Origin: an uncultured virus (IMG/VR IMGVR_UViG_3300024999_000052)
Lineage: Duplodnaviria; Heunggongvirae; Uroviricota; Caudoviricetes
Virus record (IMG/VR): IMGVR_UViG_3300024999_000052
Length of the DNA: 56,022 nucleotides
Reading direction: 5' to 3' (one strand)
Shown here: piece by piece, positions 43,467 through 52,331 of the stretch
Layout of the letters: each line of letters starts with the position of its first letter
Position numbering within the stretch: the stretch's first letter is position 1
Translations under genes and position numbers: made by a program
The notes under the pieces: generated by a model
What the model saw: only the letters and a program-made list of their open reading frames with translations
Database searches by the model: none
What the model was told of the DNA's origin: nothing

Positions 43467-43691
43467 ATTTCATCTTTAATTTATGAAAGGAGACAATATA
43501 TTTAATGGATGCATTTAAATTTGTTAATATTACTAGAAAATATAAGAAATGTCCAGATTGCGGAAGTAGTTGGAAAGATACAAAACTACAAGTAAGTTCA
43601 AAAGATGAAATTGTAACAATTAGTTGTGAATGTGGATTCTTGAAACAGGTTGATGAAAATAATAAAGAAATAAAGGAGTGATAAACTAAAA

Positions 43692-45165
43692 TTGAACAGT
43701 ACAATATTTTTACCTAAAACTATTAAAGTTGGTTATCAAACACGTAATGATACATATACGGGCCAACTGGCATATATTATTTACTATGATCAAAAAAATG
43801 TTCTGAGAAAAGAAAAAAGTTGGCAGGGTTGGCGCGACAATAAAATTGAACCACAAGAATTTACCAATGAACCAACTTCAGGATTTGTTTTGAATAAAAA
43901 AGTAGGTGACTATTCAAACGGGTGGGATCATCGAAAATCATATTGTAGAGTATTCGACCCTCGTAATTTCGAATTTGAAATTACAATAGAAAATCTTCTT
44001 TATATTCTTGAAAATGCTAGTTCGATCAAAGGTAAGGGGTTAGAAGGAGAATTTGTCTATGGTTGGTCAGGTTCAGATATAATTTTAATGCCTGTTGATT
44101 CACCTGATTATGCTGAATTATCAAAATTAAATGATCTAAGACACGAAAGAAAGAAATTCGATGGAAAAACGCTAATCTTAGGCGGTACATACAAATCTAA
44201 TTCTAACAATGAATTAATTTATTTGGGCAGATTTTATGAAAATAATGATGACAGTAAAGAAACTAAAACATACTTTTTTTATGATAGAAAGTCAAGTTAT
44301 AGGAAAATAAATTCTATAAAATCTTTATCAGGAAGTATAATTGATATTATTGATGAAAATTGTGTAGAAGATTACGCTGATTTGATGGATGAGTTATTAA
44401 AAGATAGTAGTTATTCATCTAGAGAACCAAAGAATGACACATATTTAGATTATACATTAGATGATTTTAAGAAATTGTTAGAAAAGAATTCTTATTGGCA
44501 TAATAAATGCTATATTGAAATTGATAAAAAATATGTAAGATATTACATCGAAAGACAAAGAAATTATTATCATTATTCATATTCTAATTATGACAGAAAA
44601 AATGAAACTTATAATGTTTATACTACTTCCAAGGGGAGAAAAGATGAAATATTTATGAGAGAAGCATCTCAAGAACACGTTTTTAATACAATTAAACCTA
44701 AATATCTGGTCACTTACAACAGTAAAAATGAATTAATTAAGGAGTGGAAATAAAATGGCAAACGAAACAAATGATTCGAAGATTATGGTATTAAAGAAAC
44801 AAATTGAGGAAAAGAAAATTAAGTTAGGTAAATCTCAAAAGTTTAATCCTATTACCAATTGTTCAATAGAAGTTGATGGAATTCGTCATAATCTTCAAGT
44901 TTTAACAAAAGAGCAATTAACAACTCTATTGATTAAACTAAATTTATACTCAATGTCTGCTAAAGATTTAGGTTTAGATGGTTATATTATTTCTGGTTTT
45001 GAAGTATCAGATTGGATTATCGATATTAAATCTAAACTTGATTTTGTAAGTAGAAAAGAGGAAGAAAATAAACTTAAAATGATGGAGTCTAAATTACATC
45101 AATTACTTTCTAATGAAAAGAAAGTTGAACTTGAAATTGATGAAATTATGAAGGGTTTAGAGTAA
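43692..45165 (+). CDS. Coupled pair of hypothetical phage proteins (353 aa and 136 aa)
   Basis: TTG start with AAGGAG RBS; TAAAATG coupling. Confidence 0.75.
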
Positions 45166-45180
45166 ATCTTAAAAATGCAA

Positions 45181-45249
45181 AAAGTGAAAGTGGCTTATAG
45201 CAAGGGTTACAGGGCATGACATTTCCGACGAAATGAATATTTTAATTGA
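45181..45249. repeat. Composite repeat, copy 3
   Basis: TAGCAAGGGTTACAG (AAGGGTT at 45202), then CGAAA-TGAATA-TTTT at 45229. Confidence 0.55.
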
Positions 45250-46060
45250 AGAAAGAAGGTTCAATAATGGACGAAGTTAAAGAAATTACATTAAAGGTAA
45301 ATATGGATACTTATAAGGCATTACAGAATTATCTACATAATGAATTAAAGATCACTAAAGTTGATATCGAGGAAATGCTTGAAAAATTAATCATGAGGGT
45401 TCTTAATGAAAAGTTAGAGAATGAAGAATTTTTATCTAAAAGCGTTGACAAAACTATCAAAGACTCAATAAGTAGACTAGCCAATACAAATACATGGGTA
45501 TTAGAAAAGAGAATAGATTCAGTAGTAGAGAAGGTTGTTGGAGAAAAGATTATGGAAAGAGTCAGGGAACAATTAAAAGGTTTAACCTTATAAATTCTGA
45601 CTTTTAATTGATAATAGAAAGGAGAAAACAAATTATGAAAATTGGAGATAAAGTAAAAATAATTAATATTAAAGGCATGTGGGATAAAGAAATCTACTAT
45701 AAAGGTTGGGGATTAACTGATAGAGGAACTTTAATAGACTATAACGTCGAAGTACCTGAATTTGATAATATGCAATACTTTGAAAATGGAGACGAAGCCA
45801 TAATTATTCCTTCTAGTTCAGAGATTATTGAAGATAGTTATATGTTGGAAATTGAGTTGACTGATAATAATGGTAGTGATTTTAAATGCCATTCTCAAAC
45901 TTATTCTTTAGATGAATTAAATTCTTTTTGTGCAGTTATATAATCTCCGATTTTTTAAGCAAAATAATCTTTGAAATTTATCATACTTTATGGTATACTT
46001 AATATGTAATTAAGAAATAATATTTACTATATCAAAGTATGAAAGGAGACAGTAAATATT

Positions 46061-46279
46061 ATGAGAAGATTACTAAACGGTTACATTGACACGTTTTATG
46101 TTCTAGGTAAAGCATTTGTCAATCACAACACCAAAAGTTCAACATTAATCACTGATCCAATGAGAGCAAAGAGGTTTAATTCTGAGAATGAAGCATCTGA
46201 TTATTGTAACAAATGTAAAAATAATTATTCAGAATAATTATTTGTTCATCAGATTAGAGTAACAGTGGAGTTGATTTAA
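46061..46279 (+). pseudogene. Small ORF with a probable premature TAA (46235-46237)
   Basis: Promoter TTGAAA-17nt-TATACT and AAGGAG RBS; the frame continues LFVHQIRVTVELI*. Confidence 0.4.
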
Positions 46280-46539
46280 GGTTGCTAGATTTTTGGTTTG
46301 GTTTGGTTTAGTTGATTGTGTTTAAGGTGTAGTATATAATTGTAATATAAATATATTACACCTTAGTTTTAAGAAGGAGAAAATATATGAAATTTGGATG
46401 TCCTGTAGATTACGATTTAAAGAATTGCTCATCAAGTGATTATGGTTTGACTTGTGATACATGTTTTCATAAAAATGATGAAACATATCCCAAGTAAACA
46501 TTTAGAATTAAAAGATGAATATAAAAAGGAGATTAAATA

Positions 46540-48055
46540 ATGAATACATATAAAATTGGAGAAGAAATTGGATTTTCTCAAGACTTCGAGATTGAAAGTG
46601 CCTTAAGTGGTAATAAAACAACAGTCAAAGCAGGAGATAAAGGATACGTAGATAATAGATGTAATGTTCATTATACTACTGGTCAGGCAAGAGGCAAGAT
46701 TCAACGTTTAGATAGTGCAGAGATGAAAGGATATGATTATTCCAACATTGTTAAGATGATATTTAAGAGATTGAATAACCAATTCAATTTAAAAGAAGCT
46801 CTTGATGATTATGATGTTAGTGAAAAAGATTTTATTGATGAATTAGAAGATATTTTGAGTGATATTTTGTAAGAGAGGGGGGAATTATAAATAAATGATT
46901 GCTAAAGAATTCCTTAAATTAATAAACCCTAAACAACAACCATATAATCCTAAATATTCAGAAGGAACATACACTTTCTTACATAAGAATCTAAACAAAG
47001 ACATTAAGATTTATTGGAGAAATAAAAATTATGTTACTGGAAATATTATAACATTCAATAGAAGGGCAATTAAATTTTATCCAACACAAATATATTTCAT
47101 GTATAAAATAAATGGTGATTGGTTAGGTATTTCATGGACAAAAATTATGCGGAATGAATATCAGGTTATGGATTATTCAAATTGGGAAATGAATGAATTC
47201 GAAGATATTACTGAATGGTTTTGTGATGAATATGTTAAAATTGGAAGATGCTTATTTGATAGAGATCATACTAATTTCTTACTTGGTAAAAATCATAATT
47301 ATATTGGCGATGAGGAAAGATTCGAGTTAATTGAGGGAGTAAAAAGTTGTAAATGGTGTGGGAAGGTGGTTTAAGAATGTCTGATAATACAAGAACATGT
47401 AAAATTTTAATTGATGACGAATGGCAAAGTATTAGACCAATTAATATAAAAGAAGGTATGACTTTTAGATTGTTCGAAGAGGATGGAACTCCTATTGCTT
47501 GTGAAGATATTTGCTCAAGAGTGGCAGGTACAAGTAGACAAAATTAAAAATACAATCAAAAACTGATTTGCTAGGAAAGAAGTGATAAAATAATGCTATA
47601 TGATTGTTCGATTACAAAAAGAAAAGGCTGTAATTATTGTATAAGAGGTAAGGAACTATCAGAAAATAATAACTTGTCTTTTTGGATTAATGATAATGAT
47701 TGTAAAGGAAATGCAAGAATTAAAATCAAAACTGTAGCAGGAGTGAATTCTATGAATGAGCATATCAATATTAATTATTGCCCTATTTGTGGTAAAGAGT
47801 TAACTTAAAAGAGGAGATTGAAGATAAGATATGAGTTATTCTAAATATATAGGGTTTTATGATGAATCATATATTCAATTTCATGTAAGAAGAATTGAAG
47901 CAAATAATCAAGAAGAAGCAGAAGAAAAATTTCTTAAACATCTTGAAATAGTAAACTGTATACCAGATACTAATAAAATTTATGTTGATTTAATATCTGA
48001 CATTGATATTATTGGTTTTCCGAAAACAGCATTAAATCCTTATCCTTATGATTAA
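46540..48055 (+). other. Array of small hypothetical ORFs
   Basis: Co-oriented ORFs with RBSs. Confidence 0.6.
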
Positions 48056-48297
48056 TTATATTAAATATAGGACATTGGTTAAAAGTACAGTTTTAAAGGA
48101 AGTGTAATTAATAATGATTAGAAGAACTCCATACTTATGTGAAATATGTAAGAAACATTTTGATGAACCAAATGTTGTTAAGGGAAATCATTGTGAATAT
48201 AATGCATGTCCTTACTGTAATAGTAAATGGATTACACAACCATGTTTTATTAATTCACGATAATACCACTGTATTATTGTAAGTCAGGAGTTAAAAT

Positions 48298-48462
48298 ATG
48301 AACAAACATGATAAAATTATATCAAGTATTAAAGCATCTATGGCAATTGAGGGACTAGAACCTAGTGAATATACTGTTGTTTTAATTGAACAATATGCAA
48401 ATGGGGAAATAACTGCAGAGGAATATATTCGCAAGATAAAAGAAAGACATAATATTATCTAG
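48298..48462 (+). CDS. VbhA-family (Fic-inhibiting) antitoxin, 54 aa, not in ORF track
   Basis: MNKHDKIISSIKASMAIEGLEPSEYTVVLIEQYANGEITAEEYIRKIKERHNII, with S-x-x-x-E-G and Y..GEIT..E motifs; AGGAG RBS. Confidence 0.8.
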   Translation: MNKHDKIISSIKASMAIEGLEPSEYTVVLIEQYANGEITAEEYIRKIKERHNII

Positions 48463-48491
48463 TAAAAATGCTATTTGAAAGGATTGATTAA

Positions 48492-48833
48492 ATGAATCTA
48501 TACAAAATTATAATGACCCATGCTTCTCCTAAAGATTATAAAGAAGCAATTAAAGAGTATATTATAGCAAATAATAATTATAAAGTTTTTCAATATCTTA
48601 AAAATGATTCAGGATATACAAATTGGAAGGATATTGAAAGAGACGAAGATGACTATGGTGACATTAAAAAGATTGACTTTATTTATAAAAACAAAGGTGA
48701 TTCACAATTAGAATAAAAATGGACAGATTTATATTATGGCAGTACGATGTATGATTGGGAGTTGCATAGAGAAAATCTAGGAGAATTGATTATAGAAGCT
48801 TTGGTTGGTACAGAAATAGCCAAATTGGTTTAA
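48492..48833 (+). pseudogene. ORF interrupted by an in-frame TAA (48714-48716)
   Basis: The frame continues KWTDLYYGSTMYDWEL..AKLV* with no separate RBS. Confidence 0.55.
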
Positions 48834-49554
48834 ATCACAATATTTAAAGGATGTTTTTCAAAAATGCGTAATTGGTTAGGATTTTTATTACTTGATATTG
48901 ATGATTGGTTTGCAAAAAGGAATATATATTTTGATTTCTTGATAAAAGATAAAGAAAACCATGTGAATTTTTTATGTAGATGGGGAATTAGATTAATAAA
49001 ATAATTTTTTAAAGAAAGGATAAACTATTATGGTTAGTAAAATTAAATTACATCCATTGCAAGAAGAACGGTTAAATGTAGATGAATGGTACAGAAAAGA
49101 ACGAGATAAATTAAATCAATTTCACAGACAAAAACTTAATGATATCCAAGATAAATGCACTCATAAATGGGGAGATGATTTAGATGCTTGGGACTATACA
49201 TCACAACCATTTAGTGAAACTTTTTGTGCGATATGTCATAAATTTAGATAGTTTGTATAAAAATTTAAAGTATAAAAAGAAAGGAAATAAAAACAATGGA
49301 TAAAGAATATATACCACTATATGTAATTTATTATCATAATCAAACATCTGGAAAATTTGAACCGTATCAAAGCGTATGTGGAATTACAGTTTTTTATATG
49401 AATATAAAAGACGCTAAAAAACAATTAAAAAGAATAACTGGTTATCCAGAGTATTATGAAATAGTTGAGTATATAAAGAAATAAATTAAATAATACTTGT
49501 AGTAATGTGGTAATTAAGATATAATTATTGTAGGATTACAAAATAAGAAAAGAG

Positions 49555-50889
49555 ATGATACATATGGCATATTCAGGACATGCGGATTCCAAGATGATGT
49601 TCTATCCAACGCAAGAAATAGAAACACATCGCTTATTAGGGCTTCTTGGTAGGATAGAAATTGACTATTATAAGAAGAATTATCTAAAAGAGTATTATAC
49701 TAAAGAAGGAATATATCAAGAATTAGCAATGAAAAGTTTAGACAATCATGTTCCTATAGAACTAATTTATTATGACTACTGGTTAAATACAAATCAATAT
49801 GACATGGTAAAACAGCATTGTGAATATAATATTGGATTTCATAATGAACATCCTGTGGTTATTTCTGACTTATGGGCAGGAGAAGCAAAGTGGCTCGATT
49901 GTTTCTCCTCAATCATGGATAGGAAAAATACAAGCAATAATTTTATTCAAATTGCTAACGAAATTGTTGAAGATAGATATAAAATTATTGCTGAAAATGA
50001 AAATATTTATGATTCATACAATGAAGCATTTGAGACATTAAAACAGATTCCTAAGCAATCAATTTCATTATTACTTTTTAATCCTCCATATGGAATGGTC
50101 AATAAAATTCGATCAATAAAGTTCTATTTGCAAAGCGTTATTGATCGCCAACTTCTCTATAATCCCTCAACATCAAAAGATTATAAAACAGGTTACATTG
50201 TCTGCGTAATTCGCAAAGATGATTTTCTAGACTCCCTAGATATCTTATCTAAAAACTTTGACATCCTTAAAAACTCAATTTATAAAACTAATCCAGAAGA
50301 ATATGCTAAATTCAAACAATACATCTTTATCGCTCATCTCAAAAGACATCCTTACGACCTATCAAATTCCCTACAAGCAATGGATTTCCAGAAACAATAC
50401 AATGAAGTAAAAGAAATAATCCTCTCAGAACCAGAATTCAACCTTAGACAATACAACACATATCAATCAATGAATTATCCTTACATCGACTATGATACAG
50501 CAAAAGAGAATAATAAATATATTGAATCTCCTACTACTCATATTAGTAAAAATGATTCAATTTGGAAATGGGTAAAAGGAATTACAGAATTGAAAGATTT
50601 AGGTGAAGAAAAGTTAGTTGTCCCTAAACCATTAAAATTAGGTGAAATAAGCAATCTCCTAGCATCTGGAATGATTAATGGAGAAATATCTTTAGAAAAT
50701 GGTACTGGTAGGCATGTTGCTATTGGTGGTACTAAGAGTATTGAGAAGAAAGAGATAAATAAATATAAGGATGAAAATGGTGAAAACATTACAGAAACTA
50801 AAATTATTAAAATGAGTTTACCATACTTAAACATTTTATGCTCAGATAATGGTAAATTAGTAATCAAGGAATTAGGAGATTCTGGATAA
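49555..50889 (+). CDS. Amino-methyltransferase-like protein (DUF6094-like)
   Basis: SDLWAGEA (motif I-like) and LLFNPPYG (motif IV). Confidence 0.75.
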   Translation: MIHMAYSGHADSKMMFYPTQEIETHRLLGLLGRIEIDYYKKNYLKEYYTKEGIYQELAMKSLDNHVPIELIYYDYWLNTNQYDMVKQHCEYNIGFHNEHPVVISDLWAGEAKWLDCFSSIMDRKNTSNNFIQIANEIVEDRYKIIAENENIYDSYNEAFETLKQIPKQSISLLLFNPPYGMVNKIRSIKFYLQSVIDRQLLYNPSTSKDYKTGYIVCVIRKDDFLDSLDILSKNFDILKNSIYKTNPEEYAKFKQYIFIAHLKRHPYDLSNSLQAMDFQKQYNEVKEIILSEPEFNLRQYNTYQSMNYPYIDYDTAKENNKYIESPTTHISKNDSIWKWVKGITELKDLGEEKLVVPKPLKLGEISNLLASGMINGEISLENGTGRHVAIGGTKSIEKKEINKYKDENGENITETKIIKMSLPYLNILCSDNGKLVIKELGDSG

Positions 50890-52253
50890 TTTTATATTAT
50901 AGATGTGAGGGCAAGTATGTATAAAGGTTTTAAAACTGAACTTAGAATAACCAAACAAAAACATATTGATAAGATCCATCAATCTATTGGCATATGTCGC
51001 TTCTTATATAATTCTTATTTAGCTAAAAACCAAGAGTTGTATGAATTATTTAAGGAAGGGAAAATAGATAAGAAACAATCATTTATGAGTGCTAATGATT
51101 TCGATAAGTATATTAATAATGAAGTCAAAATTCTTGAGGAATTTAAATGGATTAATAATTGTGGATCTATGGCAAGGAAAAAGGCTATTGTAAATGCTGA
51201 AACTGCTTATAAGAGGTTCTTTAAAGGGCAAGGTAAATTTCCTAAATTTAAAAAGAAGAAAAGTCAAAATATTAAGATATATTATGCAAAAAATAATAAA
51301 ACAGATTGGACTGTAAAGAGGCATAAGGTAAAGATACCTAATTTAGGTTATATTGAATTAAAAGAAAAAGGATATATTCCTACTGATGAAAAAGTGGTAA
51401 GTGGTACTGTTTCAATGAAAGCTGGGAGATATTATGTTTCGGTTTTATGTGAAATTGCGGATTATAATAACTACTCACCATCTGAAAACGAAGGAATTGG
51501 AATTGACTTAGGAATTAAGGATTTAGCTATTGTTAGTAATATTGATGAGCCATTTAAGAATATCAATAAGACTGATAATGTTAGAAAACTCAAAAAGAAG
51601 TTAAAAAGACTTCAAAGACAGGTTTCCAAAAAGTATGAAATGAATAAAGATGGTAAAAAGTTTATTAAAACAAAGAACATTATTAAATTAGAATCTCAGG
51701 TAAAAACAATTTATAAAAAAATATCTAATATCCGATTAAATTATTCTCATCAAATTACAAATACTTTGGTAAAATCCAAACCAGAGTATATTACTATTGA
51801 AGATTTAAACGTAAAAGGCATGATGAAGAATAAACATTTGTCAAAAGCTATTGCAGAACAAAATTTTTACGAATTTAGAAGGCAATTAACTTATAAATGT
51901 TCTTTGAATAATATTGAACTAAGAATAGTTGATAGATATTTCCCGTCAAGTAAATTATGTTCTGAATGCGGAAGTATTAAAAGCGATTTAAAACTTTCAG
52001 ATAGAGGATATGTTTGTAAAGAATGTGGAATTATTTTAGATCGTGATAAGAATGCAAGTATTAATTTAAAAAATGCTAAGGAATATAAAGTAGTATAGTA
52101 AAAGTTAAATTTTCAAATACCGATGGCTAGTCGGGAATTTATGGCTGTGGAGTGTTACATCAAATATGAGTAGTAATAGAAATATTGTGAAAGTAAACAC
52201 CATGAATCAGCAATTGTCTAAATATAGATAAACTATCTATATTTTAGTAGCAG
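50817..52253 (+). mobile_element. TnpB element lacking tnpA and carrying a recoded replacement 3' end of the methyltransferase gene
   Basis: The two versions of the SLPYLNI..CSDNGK..IKELG coding sequence start after an AG at 50815-50816 and at 52252-52253. Confidence 0.6.
50917..52098 (+). CDS. tnpB: TnpB RNA-guided endonuclease (IS200/IS605/IS607 family), RuvC motifs intact
   Basis: N-terminal GICRFLYN; GIDLGIK, IEDL, CSECG..CKECG and DRDKNAS motifs; GAGG RBS before ATG 50917 (ORF track start is GTG 50905). Confidence 0.93.
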   Translation: MYKGFKTELRITKQKHIDKIHQSIGICRFLYNSYLAKNQELYELFKEGKIDKKQSFMSANDFDKYINNEVKILEEFKWINNCGSMARKKAIVNAETAYKRFFKGQGKFPKFKKKKSQNIKIYYAKNNKTDWTVKRHKVKIPNLGYIELKEKGYIPTDEKVVSGTVSMKAGRYYVSVLCEIADYNNYSPSENEGIGIDLGIKDLAIVSNIDEPFKNINKTDNVRKLKKKLKRLQRQVSKKYEMNKDGKKFIKTKNIIKLESQVKTIYKKISNIRLNYSHQITNTLVKSKPEYITIEDLNVKGMMKNKHLSKAIAEQNFYEFRRQLTYKCSLNNIELRIVDRYFPSSKLCSECGSIKSDLKLSDRGYVCKECGIILDRDKNASINLKNAKEYKVV

Positions 52254-52273
52254 CCTTCCTTATCTGAATATAA
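52099..52273 (+). ncRNA. Putative omegaRNA scaffold (to about 52253) plus guide (about 52254-52273)
   Basis: TACCGATGGCTAGTCGGGAATTTATGGCTGTGGAG..GAATCAG..CTAAATATAGATA/TATCTATATTTTAG hairpin..TAGCAG, resembling tnpB right ends. Confidence 0.7.
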
Positions 52274-52328
52274 GATAAAATGTTCTGACAATGGAAAAAT
52301 TATTATAAAAGAACTTGGAGGAGAGTAA
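52252..52328 (+). pseudogene. Relic second copy of the methyltransferase C-terminus
   Basis: Translates SLPYLNI-[AGATAAAA]-CSDNGKIIIKELGGE*; supplies the GGAGGAG RBS of the helicase. Confidence 0.85.
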
Positions 52329-52331
52329 TTA

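Noticed and set aside
4826..48716. Stop-codon reassignment to explain in-frame TAA codons
   Set aside because: TAA is the dominant genuine stop throughout the window and long genes are open in the standard code.
50890..52253. IStron (group I intron plus TnpB) interpretation
   Set aside because: Fewer than 30 nt separate the methyltransferase stop from tnpB, so there is no intron core; the downstream exon-like relic also contains a stop and a frameshift.
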